Below are positions 18,241 through 28,129 of a DNA stretch of 64,000 nt, one piece after another. The position numbers were made by a program, and so were the translations under genes. A model generated the notes under the pieces. The model did not search any database and was not told where the DNA came from. It saw only the letters and a list, made by a program, of their open reading frames with translations. Numbering within the stretch: position 1 is the stretch's first letter; the number at the start of each line of letters is the position of its first letter. Origin of the DNA: an uncultured Gammaproteobacteria bacterium (lineage in GTDB: Bacteria; Pseudomonadota; Gammaproteobacteria; Steroidobacterales; Steroidobacteraceae); the NCBI GenBank assembly GCA_963726665.1, contig CAVSDW010000012.1:323690-387689 (forward strand), given 5' to 3'.

Positions 18241-18360
18241 GTGCCCCAACTGGACCCGGTCATCTGCTTTTTCGTGCTGGGAGTGCTCGCTGGCGTGGCG
18301 CGTGCCGACCTGCGGCTGCCCGCCGCGATCTACGAGTTCGTCTCGCCGGGCAAGTTCTGA
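18241..18360 (+). pseudogene. 5' stub (39 codons) of a sodium-dependent bicarbonate transport family (SbtA-like) permease
   Basis: GTG..PQLDPVICFFVLGVLAGVARADLRLPAAIYEFVS resembles the conserved N-terminus of this permease family (..LDPVILFF.LG..AGL..S.LRLP.AIYE.LS), then runs into PGKF-stop. The TGA overlaps the RDD gene ATG at 18360. Confidence 0.45.
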
Positions 18361-18798
18361 TGCCCGCCGGCCTGCTGCGCCGCCTCGGCGCATTGCTATA
18401 CGACACGCTGCTGCTCGCCGCGGTGCTCATGATCGCGACTGCGCTTTTCCTGCCCATGACCGGCGGCCAGGCGATCACCAGCGCCTCGGGGCCGCTGCTC
18501 GCAATGGGCCTACCGCGGCGTGATCGCCGGCCTGGTGGTGCTGTTCTACGGCGCGTTCTGGACGCGCCGCGGACAGACTCTCGGCATGGCGTCGTGGCGC
18601 CTGCGGATAGAGCGCGAAGACGGGGGCACCCTCACCTGGGGCGACACGCTGCGCCGGCTGGCGGCTGCGGTGTTGTCCCTGGTGCCCGCCGGGCTCGGAT
18701 GGGCCTGGATCCTCGTCGACCCCGGCAAGCGCGCATGGCACGATCGCCTGTCGCGAACCAGGGTGGTCGTCGTGCCGAAGTCACCGGGCCGGGCCTGA
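18360..18798 (+). pseudogene. RDD family membrane protein, split by one frameshift near 18505-18512
   Basis: MPAGLLRRLGALLYDTLLLAAVLMIATALFLPMTGGQAITSASGPLLAMG (frame of ORF 18201) continues as YRGVIAGLVVLFYGAFWTRRGQTLGMASWRLRIEREDG...AWHDRLSRTRVV (ORF 18520..18798). An RDD gene next to lptG is conserved synteny. Confidence 0.7.
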
Positions 18799-18803
18799 CC
18801 CGC

Positions 18804-19871
18804 TCAGCGGGTGCGCAGGAGCATCCCGAAGGTGAGCACCGCCAGCATTGCCGTCGGCAGCCAGCCGGTCACGAGGGGCGAGAGGCCCAGGATCTGCCCG
18901 CTGTTCTCCAGAGTCTGGCTCAGGAGCACGAAGCCCGCACCGATCAGGATACCGACGATCGTCCTCGCGCCCTGCCCGGTCGAGCGCATCGGGCCAAGCG
19001 AAAACGGCAGCGCGAGCATGACCACCAGCAGGATCGCGACGAAGCGCGCGACACGCGACCAGAGCGCGACCTCGAAGCGTGACGAGTCGAGTGCGTTGCG
19101 CCGCAGGTGCTCGGTGTAGGTCATGAGGTCGCGCAGACCCATTGCCTCCGGCTCGATGACTGCGAGCCCGAGGAAGTCGGGCGACAGGGTCGAGCTGAAC
19201 TTCTCGACCGCGGCTTTGCCGGCCTCGGTCCCGTCCCCGGTGAAGCGCGTGTCTGCGTAATTCTCGAGCCGCCACCCGTTTCCTTCCTCCACGCTGGCGG
19301 AGTCGGCACGGCCGGCGTCGAGCAGGACGCGCCCCGGCCCGAAGCGGAATATCTGCACGCCGCCGAATCGCGACTTCGCCGACTGCTGCTCCACGCTGAT
19401 GACCGTGTCGCCGTCGCGCACCCACGCGCCACGGCTGCCGGCGAAACTGAACTCGTTGTACTTGCTGAACACCTTCACCTGGCGCCCGTATTTCTCCAGC
19501 GGAGGGGCGACGAACTCGCCCACGCCGGCCATCAGCACCGCCAGGATCAGGCCCGCGATCGCGAGCCAGGCGCAGAACCGCGCCGTGGTAACGCCCGAGG
19601 CGCGCATCACCACGAGTTCGCTGCCGCGCGCGAGATTGCCAAGCCCGAGCAGGGCGCCGATGAGCGCCGCGACGGGCAGCAGCTGGCAGGCGAAGTTCGG
19701 GAGGTTCAGGAAGACGTAGGTCATCGCCTGCGTCGCCGTGTAGGTTCCCGTGCCGATGTCGTCCTGCTCGTTGATGAACAGGAACAGTCCGCCGAGCACC
19801 AGCAGCACCGCCAGCACGAGCGCCGTGTAGGCGAATACCGTCCGCAGGATGTACCTGGCGAGGATCGGCAT
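18804..19871 (-). CDS. lptG: LPS export ABC transporter permease LptG
   Basis: MPILARYILRTVFAYTALVLAVLL.LGGLF.FI....DIG.G.Y, six TM segments, and YjgP/YjgQ family features. The start sits directly after the lptF stop. Confidence 0.92.
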   Translation of the reverse strand: MPILARYILRTVFAYTALVLAVLLVLGGLFLFINEQDDIGTGTYTATQAMTYVFLNLPNFACQLLPVAALIGALLGLGNLARGSELVVMRASGVTTARFCAWLAIAGLILAVLMAGVGEFVAPPLEKYGRQVKVFSKYNEFSFAGSRGAWVRDGDTVISVEQQSAKSRFGGVQIFRFGPGRVLLDAGRADSASVEEGNGWRLENYADTRFTGDGTEAGKAAVEKFSSTLSPDFLGLAVIEPEAMGLRDLMTYTEHLRRNALDSSRFEVALWSRVARFVAILLVVMLALPFSLGPMRSTGQGARTIVGILIGAGFVLLSQTLENSGQILGLSPLVTGWLPTAMLAVLTFGMLLRTR

Positions 19872-19872
19872 C

Positions 19873-20967
19873 TCAGCCCCCCGTCCGGCGCACACGGCGC
19901 AGGATCGGTCCCAGCCGCTCGTCGCGCCAGACGAGCAGCGCAGCGACTCCGATCGGCAGCAGGTGCACCCACCACATTCCGAGGGCCCCGCCCGGGCTGC
20001 CCTTCTCGATCCACACGCGCACCGCCGCGACGAGGTTCGAGTAGATGAAGTACGCGAGCACCGCGTAACCCACCCGCGCAAACCTGCCCTGCCTCGGCTT
20101 CAGCTTCGACAGCGGTACCGCAAGCAGCATCAGCGCGAGCGCCATGACCGGCACCGCGGTGCGCCACGCGAGCTCCGACCGGTCGGCGGAGTCGGGCGAA
20201 CCGATCAATGCGCGCGTCGGCTTGACCGACAGCTTTTCGCTTTTCGCCTTCACCTCGGGCAGGCGCACGGGAATCCCGTGCTCCTTGAAGGTGACGATGC
20301 GCCACTCGAGCGCGCCCGGGACGCCCTCGTAGCGTCGCCCGTCGTGCAGCACGAAGAGCTGCTCGGACTGGCCCGCCCCGCGTTGCTCGGCACGCTCGGC
20401 GACCGCGATCTCCACGCGATCCCCCACGCGCCGCTGCACGAACACGCCCTCCAGCTGCCCGTTCGGTTGCACGCGCTCCGCGTAGAACACCACGTCGCCG
20501 CCCGCGAAGCTGCGGAATCGCCCGGCCTCGAGCGCGCCGAACTGGGCCGAGCGCAGCGCCTCGACCCGGAGCTGCTGCGCAAGCCCGCCCGCAGCCGGTA
20601 CGACACGATACGAGAGCACCGCGAGCGCCCCCACGACCACCACGGTGAGCACCGCGAGCGGCCGGTAGATGCTGGCAGTCCCTACGCCGCACGCGGCCAT
20701 CGCCGTCATCTCGCTCTCGTGGTAGAGGCGCCCGAGCGCCAGCACGATGCCGAGAAAGAGGCCGATCGGCAGCAGGACCGTGAGCTGCTGCAGAGTCGTG
20801 AGGCCGATGAGGGCGAGCACGACCGACCCCGGGAAGCCGCTCTGCACGGCCTGGCCGAGCACCCGCGCCAGCTGGTTCGAGAGCAGGATCAGGAGCAGCA
20901 CCCCGGTGACCGCGACGAACGTCACGGTCACCTCGCGCAGCAGGTAGCGGTCTAGCCGGGTCAGCAC
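19873..20967 (-). CDS. lptF: LPS export ABC transporter permease LptF
   Basis: VLTRLDRYLLREVTVTFVAVTGVLLLILLSNQL.R.L; ESEMTAMAACGV. GTG start at 20967. Divergent from pepA as in E. coli and Pseudomonas. Confidence 0.92.
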   Translation of the reverse strand: MLTRLDRYLLREVTVTFVAVTGVLLLILLSNQLARVLGQAVQSGFPGSVVLALIGLTTLQQLTVLLPIGLFLGIVLALGRLYHESEMTAMAACGVGTASIYRPLAVLTVVVVGALAVLSYRVVPAAGGLAQQLRVEALRSAQFGALEAGRFRSFAGGDVVFYAERVQPNGQLEGVFVQRRVGDRVEIAVAERAEQRGAGQSEQLFVLHDGRRYEGVPGALEWRIVTFKEHGIPVRLPEVKAKSEKLSVKPTRALIGSPDSADRSELAWRTAVPVMALALMLLAVPLSKLKPRQGRFARVGYAVLAYFIYSNLVAAVRVWIEKGSPGGALGMWWVHLLPIGVAALLVWRDERLGPILRRVRRTGG

Positions 20968-21144
20968 AGGTCGCGGCTCCGAGCGGGAAACGGTAGACTC
21001 CGGCGACCGCCGGCGGCGGGCCGCACGCCTGGCGTCGACCCCGCGCACGACGGTGCACAGGCAAGTTTAACGGTCGCATGCTCCCGGCCACCAGCCGGGA
21101 TCGCCGCGAGAGTGTCGGTCTAACTGGAACCAAAGGGAACAAGA

Positions 21145-22629
21145 ATGCGTTTCCATGCCGTCAGCGGCTCGGCCGCACGCCAGCGCACGGACTGCGCGAT
21201 CGTAGGTCTGTACGAATCCGGCAAGCTCGGCGCGGCTGCGACGCAGCTCGACGCGGCTCTCGGCGGGCGGCTCGCGCGCCTCGTAAAGCGCGGCGACCTG
21301 CGCGGCAAGGCGGGCGAAACCGCGCTGCTGGACGTCGAAGGCGGCCCGTGCGGCCGGGTGCTGGTCGTGGGGCTGGGCAAGAAGGACGGCTTCGACCGCC
21401 GCCGCTACAAGAAGGCGCTGCTCTCGGCCGCGGCGGCCGTCGCCAGGTCGGGCGCGCGCGACGCCTTGAGCTACCTGTCTCTGGAACCCGTGGCGAGCAC
21501 GGACGCCTATTACCGCGGACGTCTCGCAGCCGAGGCCGTCGGCCACGCGCTCTACCGCGTGCCGGCGATCCGAAGCTCGCGCAGGCCTCCGGAGCCGGCG
21601 CTGCGCAGTTTCGGCATAGCGGTCCCCGAGCGCGACCAGAAAAAGGACGCGGAGCGCGGACTCGCCCACGGGCATGGCGTCGCGCTCGGCGCCGCCCTCA
21701 CGCGCGACCTCGCCAACCTCCCCGCCAACGTCTGCACACCGAGCTACCTCGGACAGAAGGCGCGCGAGCTCGCGCGCGAGTACCGCAGCGTGCGCGCCCA
21801 GGTGCTTGGCGAGCCCGAACTCAAGCGGCTCAAGATGGGTTCGTTCCTCTCGGTGACGGCCGGCACCGACGAGCCCGCGCGAATGATCGTGCTGCGCTAC
21901 CAGGGCGCCGCGCCGCGGCAGGCCCCGGTCGTGCTGGTCGGCAAGGGCGTGACTTTCGACAGCGGCGGCATCTCGCTCAAGCAGCCGGTCGGCATGGACG
22001 AAATGAAGTTCGACATGACCGGGGCGGCGAGCGTATTCGGCGCAATCAAGGCGGCTGCGGAGATCGGCCTCCCGGTCAACATCGTCGGCATCGTGCCCTC
22101 CTGCGAGAACATGCCGAGCGGCCGCGCGACCAAGCCCGGCGACGTCGTGCGCAGCATGTCCGGCCAGACCATCGAGGTGATCAACACCGATGCCGAGGGC
22201 CGGCTGATCCTGTGCGACGCCCTCACTTATGCGCGGCGCTTCAAGCCCGCCGTCGTGCTCGACATCGCCACACTCACCGGCGCCTGCGTGATCGCGCTCG
22301 GCGCGCACCTGAGCGCGGTGATGAGCAACGACGACGAACTCGCCGCGGAGATCGAGGAGGCGGGGCGACGTGCCGAGGACCGCGCCTGGCACATGCCGAT
22401 GGCCGAGGAGTACCACGAGCAGCTGAAGAGCAACTTCGCCGACTTCACCAACTCCTGCGGCCGCGAAGGTGGCGCGATCACCGCGGCCTGCTTCCTCGCG
22501 AAGTTCACCGACGGCCTGCGCTGGGCGCACCTCGACATCGCCGGCACCGCCTACCTCACGGGCTCGCAGAAAGGCAGCACGGGCCGACCGGTGCCGATGC
22601 TGGTGGACTTCCTGATCAACCGCCGCTGA
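21145..22629 (+). CDS. pepA: Leucyl aminopeptidase PepA
   Basis: VGKGVTFDSGGISLKP..GMDEMK.DM.GAA.V; NTDAEGRL.L.DAL.YA; AGTA. M17 peptidase signature. Confidence 0.96.
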   Translation: MRFHAVSGSAARQRTDCAIVGLYESGKLGAAATQLDAALGGRLARLVKRGDLRGKAGETALLDVEGGPCGRVLVVGLGKKDGFDRRRYKKALLSAAAAVARSGARDALSYLSLEPVASTDAYYRGRLAAEAVGHALYRVPAIRSSRRPPEPALRSFGIAVPERDQKKDAERGLAHGHGVALGAALTRDLANLPANVCTPSYLGQKARELAREYRSVRAQVLGEPELKRLKMGSFLSVTAGTDEPARMIVLRYQGAAPRQAPVVLVGKGVTFDSGGISLKQPVGMDEMKFDMTGAASVFGAIKAAAEIGLPVNIVGIVPSCENMPSGRATKPGDVVRSMSGQTIEVINTDAEGRLILCDALTYARRFKPAVVLDIATLTGACVIALGAHLSAVMSNDDELAAEIEEAGRRAEDRAWHMPMAEEYHEQLKSNFADFTNSCGREGGAITAACFLAKFTDGLRWAHLDIAGTAYLTGSQKGSTGRPVPMLVDFLINRR

Positions 22630-22631
22630 CC

Positions 22632-23078
22632 GTGACGGGAACCGCCGCAACAAAGGTCGACTTCTACGTCCTCGGCGCCGCGGATGCCCGCGCGCGCCTG
22701 GTGACCGCGTGCCGGCTGGCGGAGAAGGCCTTCGACCAGGGCCTGCGCGTCGTGGTGCGCACGGCGGGCCCGGCGCAGACCGCGGAACTCGACGAACTCA
22801 TGTGGACCTTCAGCGATCGCAGCTTCGTGCCGCATGGCGTGTGGCCCGCGGAGCCCGGGTTCGCGGCCGCCACACCGGTGCTGATCGCGAGCGGCGCCCT
22901 GCCCGAGTCGCACCGCGACGTCCTCATCAACCTCGGCGACGACCTCCCGGGCGACGCCGTCCGCTACTCGCGCGTCTGCGAGGTGATCCCGGGCGACGAA
23001 GACGCGAAGCGCAGGGCGAGGATACGCTGGCGCGGCTATCGCGACGCCGGCCTCGAGCCCGACACGCACAACCTCTGA
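22632..23078 (+). CDS. holC: DNA polymerase III subunit chi HolC
   Basis: [35 protein letters not shown]......[17 protein letters not shown] start 3 nt after the pepA stop. pepA-holC-valS synteny. Confidence 0.88.
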   Translation: MTGTAATKVDFYVLGAADARARLVTACRLAEKAFDQGLRVVVRTAGPAQTAELDELMWTFSDRSFVPHGVWPAEPGFAAATPVLIASGALPESHRDVLINLGDDLPGDAVRYSRVCEVIPGDEDAKRRARIRWRGYRDAGLEPDTHNL

Positions 23079-23092
23079 GCGCGGAGGAACGC

Positions 23093-23377
23093 ATGATGAA
23101 CGCGATGGACTCGATTCCCGTGCTGATGGACATCATCGAGGACGACGCGCCCGGCGTGCTGCCCGCCGTGGATCGCACGGCCGCGTTCCTCGGCGAGATC
23201 GAGGCGCACCTCGCCACGGTCATCCACGACCACGCCGACGAACTCGTGCACAACGCCTGCCGGGAGATGGAGGCGCTGCTGCTCGAGCAGGTCTCCGACC
23301 GGCTGCGCGCGCAGCTCCCGAGCCTGATCGCGGGCATCATCGAACAGCACTTCCGCGGTCCCGGCGGCGGCGCCTGA
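23093..23377 (+). CDS. Small acidic hypothetical protein
   Basis: 94 aa: [22 protein letters not shown]...[38 protein letters not shown]. Sits between holC and valS. No known family recognised. Confidence 0.5.
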   Translation: MMNAMDSIPVLMDIIEDDAPGVLPAVDRTAAFLGEIEAHLATVIHDHADELVHNACREMEALLLEQVSDRLRAQLPSLIAGIIEQHFRGPGGGA

Positions 23378-23385
23378 GCGAGACG

Positions 23386-26178
23386 ATGGACAAGAGCTAC
23401 TCGCCCCGCGACATCGAGTCGCGCCTCTACGAACGCTGGGAAGCGGCCGGGTGGTTCGCCCCGGCCGGCGAGGGCACGCCCTACTGCATCATGATCCCGC
23501 CTCCCAACGTGACCGGCACGCTGCACATGGGCCATGCGTTCCAGCACACGCTCATGGATGCGCTCACGCGGCTGCACCGCATGGACGGCGACCGCGCACT
23601 CTGGCAGCCGGGCACCGACCACGCCGGCATCGCGACGCAGATGGTGGTCGAGCGGCAGTTGAATGCCGAGGGCCGCGCGAGGCACGACCTGGGCCGCGAG
23701 GCGTTCCTCGAGCGGGTCTGGCAGTGGAAGGGGCAGTCCGGCGACACCATCAGCCGACAGATGCGCCGGCTCGGCGACTCCGTGGACTGGTCGCGCGACC
23801 GCTTCACCATGGACGAGGGCCTGTCTGCGGCGGTGGGCGAAGTCTTCGTGCGCCTGTTCGAAAAGGGCCTCATCTACCGTGGCAAGCGACTCGTCAACTG
23901 GGACCCGGTGCTGCACACGGCACTCTCGGACCTCGAGGTCGTGTCGGAGCAGGAGTCGGGCAGCCTGTGGCACCTGCGCTATCCGCTGGCCGACGGATCG
24001 GGGCACGTCGTCGTCGCGACCACCCGGCCGGAGACCATGCTGGGCGACACCGCCGTGGCCGTTCATCCGGAGGACGAGCGGTATCGTCACCTGGTCGGGC
24101 GCGAGATCCGCCTGCCGCTCACCGACAGGTTGATCCCGGTCATCGCGGACGACTACGTCGACCCCGCATTCGGCAGCGGCTGCGTGAAGATCACGCCCGC
24201 ACACGACTTCAACGACTACGAGATCGGCCGGCGCCACGGCCTCCCGCTGATCAACCTGCTCACGGCGGATGCCGCGCTGAACGACGCGGCACCCGCGGCT
24301 TACCGCGGCCTCGACCGATTCGAGGCGCGCAAGCGCGTGGTCGCCGACCTCGAGGCCGCGGGCCTGCTCGAGAAGACCGATCCGCACACGCTGCCGGTCC
24401 CGCGCGGCGACCGCAGCGGCGCCGTGCTCGAGCCCTGGCTCACCGACCAGTGGTACGTACGCATCGCCCCGCTCGCGGAACCCGCGATCCGCGCCGTCGA
24501 GGATGGACGCATCCGCTTCGTGCCCGACAACTGGTCGAAGACCTACTTCCAGTGGATGCGCAACATCCAGGACTGGTGCATCAGCCGCCAGCTCTGGTGG
24601 GGACACCGCATCCCCGCGTGGTACGACGCCGACGGCAACGTGTTCGTCGCGCGCAGCGAGGCGGACGCGCAGGCGCAGGCGCTCAAGCATCACGGGCGCG
24701 AGGTGGGGCTCAGCCGGGACGACGACGTGCTCGACACCTGGTTCAGCTCCGCGCTCTGGCCGTTCTCGACGCTGGGATGGCCCGGGCGCACGCCGGAGCT
24801 CGCTGCGTTCTACCCCACCTCGGTGCTGGTGACGGGCTTCGACATCATCTTCTTCTGGGTCGCACGGATGATCATGATGGGCCTCGAGTTCACGGGCGAG
24901 GTGCCGTTCCGCGAGGTCTATATCACCGGGCTCATCCGCGACGAGCACGGCAACAAGATGTCCAAGTCCAAGGGCAACATCATCGACCCGCTGGACCTGA
25001 TCGACGGCATCGAGCTCGACGCGCTCATCGCCAAGCGTACGACCGGCCTCATGCAGCCGCAGATGAAGAACTCGATCGAGAAGGCGACGCGCAAGCAGTT
25101 CCCGCAGGGCATCCCCTCCTACGGGACCGATGCCCTGCGATTCACCTTTGCGTCGCTCGCGACCATGGGTCGCGACATCCGCTTCGACCTCGGCCGCATC
25201 GAGGGCTACCGCAACTTCTGCAACAAGCTGTGGAACGCCTCGCGCTACGTGCTGATGAGCGCAGGCGACGATCCCGCCGCGCTCGACGGCGACTGCGAAT
25301 ACACCGTCGCCGACCGCTGGATCCGTGGCCGCCTCGGCCACGCCGTGACCGAGGTACGCGAGCACTTTTCGGGCTACCGCTTCGACCTCGCGGCCCAGGC
25401 CGCCTACGAGTTCGTCTGGTACGAGTTCTGCGACTGGTACCTCGAGCTCTCGAAACCGGTGCTGCAGGCGGCCGACGCGACGCCCGAGCTGAAGCGTGGC
25501 ACCCGGCGCACGCTGGTGCAGGTGCTCGAGGCGACGCTGCGCCTGCTGCACCCGCTGATGCCCTTCATCACCGAGGAAATCTGGCAGCGAGTGGGGGCGC
25601 TCGCCGGCCGCGCGGGCCCGACCATCATGCTCGAGCCATATCCACGCGCCGACGAATGGCCCGAGGACGCGGAGGCGGCTCGCCAGGTGGCGGTGCTGCA
25701 GGCCGTGGTGCTCGGAGTGCGACAGATCCGCGGCGAGCTGGACGTTCCGCACTCGCGCGCCACGCCCGTGTACGTGCGCAGCGACCACGCAGGCGATGCG
25801 GAAGCGATCGCCGCGCTCGGAGCCACCATCGCGAAGGTCGGCAACCTCGAGTCGCTGACTGTCGTCGCATCGGAGGCGGACCTGCCGCCCTGCGCCATCG
25901 CGGTGAGCGCGGGCCGCACGATCCTGGCGCCTTTCGAGCGGCTGGTGGACGACGTCTCCGCCGAGGTCGCACGCCTCGAGAAGCGACGTGCGCGGGCAGT
26001 CCAGGAACGCGACCGCGCGGTCGCCAAGCTCGCGAACCAGAGCTTCGTCGCCAACGCGCCGCCGGAAGTGGTGGCCCAGGAGCACGGTCGCGTCGCGGAG
26101 TTCGAGCGGCAGCTTGCGCAGCTCGGCGAGCAGCTCCGGCGGCTCGAGGCAATGCAATCCGGAGCAGTCACCTCATGA
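23386..26178 (+). CDS. valS: Valine--tRNA ligase ValS
   Basis: 930 aa with [14 protein letters not shown] (HIGH), KMSKSKGN (KMSKS), [14 protein letters not shown] and a C-terminal coiled coil. Confidence 0.98.
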   Translation: MDKSYSPRDIESRLYERWEAAGWFAPAGEGTPYCIMIPPPNVTGTLHMGHAFQHTLMDALTRLHRMDGDRALWQPGTDHAGIATQMVVERQLNAEGRARHDLGREAFLERVWQWKGQSGDTISRQMRRLGDSVDWSRDRFTMDEGLSAAVGEVFVRLFEKGLIYRGKRLVNWDPVLHTALSDLEVVSEQESGSLWHLRYPLADGSGHVVVATTRPETMLGDTAVAVHPEDERYRHLVGREIRLPLTDRLIPVIADDYVDPAFGSGCVKITPAHDFNDYEIGRRHGLPLINLLTADAALNDAAPAAYRGLDRFEARKRVVADLEAAGLLEKTDPHTLPVPRGDRSGAVLEPWLTDQWYVRIAPLAEPAIRAVEDGRIRFVPDNWSKTYFQWMRNIQDWCISRQLWWGHRIPAWYDADGNVFVARSEADAQAQALKHHGREVGLSRDDDVLDTWFSSALWPFSTLGWPGRTPELAAFYPTSVLVTGFDIIFFWVARMIMMGLEFTGEVPFREVYITGLIRDEHGNKMSKSKGNIIDPLDLIDGIELDALIAKRTTGLMQPQMKNSIEKATRKQFPQGIPSYGTDALRFTFASLATMGRDIRFDLGRIEGYRNFCNKLWNASRYVLMSAGDDPAALDGDCEYTVADRWIRGRLGHAVTEVREHFSGYRFDLAAQAAYEFVWYEFCDWYLELSKPVLQAADATPELKRGTRRTLVQVLEATLRLLHPLMPFITEEIWQRVGALAGRAGPTIMLEPYPRADEWPEDAEAARQVAVLQAVVLGVRQIRGELDVPHSRATPVYVRSDHAGDAEAIAALGATIAKVGNLESLTVVASEADLPPCAIAVSAGRTILAPFERLVDDVSAEVARLEKRRARAVQERDRAVAKLANQSFVANAPPEVVAQEHGRVAEFERQLAQLGEQLRRLEAMQSGAVTS

Positions 26179-27137
26179 ACACCCAGGGGCATCCCGCGCC
26201 TGCGCAGCTCGACGCGGCGGGAATCGAGCGCGTCGAGGCGGCCGTCGCCTCGCTCAATCGCATCATCCTGGGCAAGGAGCGGCAGATACGGCTGTGCCTT
26301 GCGTGCCTCTTCGCTCGCGGTCACCTGCTGATCGAGGACATCCCGGGTGTCGGCAAGACGACACTTGCGCACGCGCTCGCCGCGACCCTCGGCCTGACCT
26401 ACCAGCGTATCCAGTTCACCAGCGACCTCCTGCCGGCTGACATCACCGGCGTGTCCGTGTTCGACGCGGAGACCGGCCAGTTCCGCTTTCATCGAGGCCC
26501 GGTGTTCTCGCAGGTCGTGCTGGCCGACGAGGTGAACCGCGCCACACCCAAGGCCCAGAGTGCGTTGCTCGAGGCCATGGAAGAGCACCAGGTCACGTCC
26601 GACGGCACGACCTATCCGATGAGCGAGCCGTTCTTCGTCATCGCGACGCAGAACCCCGTCTACCAGGTGGGAACGTTCCCGCTGCCGGAATCGCAGCTCG
26701 ACCGTTTCCTCATGCGGATCGAGCTCGGGTACCCGGAGGCCGCGCTCGAGCGCGAGCTGCTGCTCGGTGCCGATCGTCGCGACCTGCTCGCCGTGCTGGC
26801 CGCCGCGCTCACCCCCCAGCAGCTGCTCAGGATCCAGGCGGACGTGCCGCGCGTGCACGCCTCCGGGGCGCTGCTCGATTACGTGCAGGCCGTCGCCCGC
26901 TACACCCGCCAGGCCAGCGAATTCGAGGCCGGCCTCTCGCCGCGGGCGGTCATCGCGCTCCTGCGCGCCGCGCAGGCCTGGGCCCTGATGCACGACCGGC
27001 CGGGCGTGCTGCCCGAGGACGTGCAGGCCGTGCTGCCATCGGTCGTCGGGCACCGCCTCGCGCCGCGCGAAGCTTCGCGCTTCCGGGATGCCGGGCAGGT
27101 CGGCCTCCACGTCCTAGAGTCCGTCCCCGTACCCTGA
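26175..27137 (+). CDS. MoxR-family AAA+ ATPase
   Basis: [18 protein letters not shown] (Walker A), [23 protein letters not shown] (Walker B), FFVIATQNP....GT.PLPE.QLDRF. The ATG overlaps the valS stop (ATGA). Confidence 0.92.
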   Translation: MNTQGHPAPAQLDAAGIERVEAAVASLNRIILGKERQIRLCLACLFARGHLLIEDIPGVGKTTLAHALAATLGLTYQRIQFTSDLLPADITGVSVFDAETGQFRFHRGPVFSQVVLADEVNRATPKAQSALLEAMEEHQVTSDGTTYPMSEPFFVIATQNPVYQVGTFPLPESQLDRFLMRIELGYPEAALERELLLGADRRDLLAVLAAALTPQQLLRIQADVPRVHASGALLDYVQAVARYTRQASEFEAGLSPRAVIALLRAAQAWALMHDRPGVLPEDVQAVLPSVVGHRLAPREASRFRDAGQVGLHVLESVPVP

Positions 27138-27142
27138 ACGGA

Positions 27143-28129
27143 ATGCGCGACACGATCCGACGCCTGCGCGCCGGCCTGGACGAGCGCATGGGCGCGTGGA
27201 TCAAGCGTCGCCAGGGCCTGGACCACGACCCCGTGGTGCTGCAGCGTGGGCGCATCTACATCCTGCCGACGCGCCTCGGCGCGGCCTACGCGGGGATGGT
27301 CGTGGCGATGGTTGCGGGCGGCCTGAACTACAGCAACAACCTCGCTCTCGGCCTCGCATTCCTGCTGGCGAGCCTCGGGTTCGTCGCCATGCACCACTGC
27401 CACGGCACGCTCGCGGGGCTCGAACTGCGCCTGCTCGCGACGCTGCCCGCATTCGCCGGACAGGCGGTGCGATTCCGTCTGCTGCTCGAGAACAGCTCGC
27501 GCGCTCCGCGGCCACGAATCGAGGTGTCCGCGGGCAAGGGCACGCCGCAGGTTGCCGACGTTGCGCCGACGGGCACGGAAACGTCCGAAATCGCGCTCGT
27601 CGCCGAGCGACGCGGCCGCGTGCGGCTCGATCGCGTCGTGCTGGCGACACGCCATCCGCTCGGGCTCTTTCGCGCGTGGGCCGTCGTGCACCCGGACTAC
27701 TCCGCCATTGCCTGGCCGCGGCCGGCGGAACGGGGCCGACCGCCGCCCGGCGTCGAAACCGACACCGGCGGCGCCCAGGACCGCGCCAAGGGAGAGGAGG
27801 ATTTCACGGGCCTCCGGTCCTACCAGCCGGGGGACCCGCTGCGTCGCATCGCGTGGAAGGCCTACGCGCGCGGCCATGGGCTGCACACCAAGCAGTACGC
27901 CGGCACCGACGTCGTCTCGCACGTGTTCGACTGGGACAGCCTGCCGGGCCTCGACGTCGAGGCCCGGCTCTCGCAACTCTGCCGTTGGGTACTCGATGCC
28001 CACTCGAGCGGAGAGGCCTGCGGCCTGCGACTGCCCGGGGTCGCGATCGAGGCGAACATCGGCACGGCGCACCTGCAGCGATGCCTCGATGCGCTCGCGC
28101 TGTACGATCATGGCGGCGCCGATGCGTGA
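27143..28129 (+). CDS. DUF58 domain-containing protein
   Basis: Two N-terminal TM helices, then EEDFTGLRSYQPGDPLRRIAWKAYARG..L.TKQY, typical of DUF58. The MoxR-DUF58 pairing is typical. Confidence 0.85.
   Translation: MRDTIRRLRAGLDERMGAWIKRRQGLDHDPVVLQRGRIYILPTRLGAAYAGMVVAMVAGGLNYSNNLALGLAFLLASLGFVAMHHCHGTLAGLELRLLATLPAFAGQAVRFRLLLENSSRAPRPRIEVSAGKGTPQVADVAPTGTETSEIALVAERRGRVRLDRVVLATRHPLGLFRAWAVVHPDYSAIAWPRPAERGRPPPGVETDTGGAQDRAKGEEDFTGLRSYQPGDPLRRIAWKAYARGHGLHTKQYAGTDVVSHVFDWDSLPGLDVEARLSQLCRWVLDAHSSGEACGLRLPGVAIEANIGTAHLQRCLDALALYDHGGADA

Noticed and set aside
7151-18360. Classical tRNA-integrated genomic island or prophage
   Set aside because: No integrase, excisionase, transposase or phage genes are present, and I could not find a direct repeat of the tRNA-Glu 3' end. 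It is reported only as a variable or eroded region.
22927-26157. 1076-aa ORF on the minus strand
   Set aside because: It lies exactly antisense to valS. Its composition is Arg/Ala/Gly/Pro/Asp-rich with no motifs. It is a typical GC-driven shadow ORF opposite a fully conserved synthetase gene.
23451-27137. 1228-aa ORF on the plus strand
   Set aside because: The first ~908 codons are an out-of-frame read-through of valS (Arg/Pro/Gly junk). Only the last 320 codons, from the ATG at 26175, are the real MoxR ATPase.
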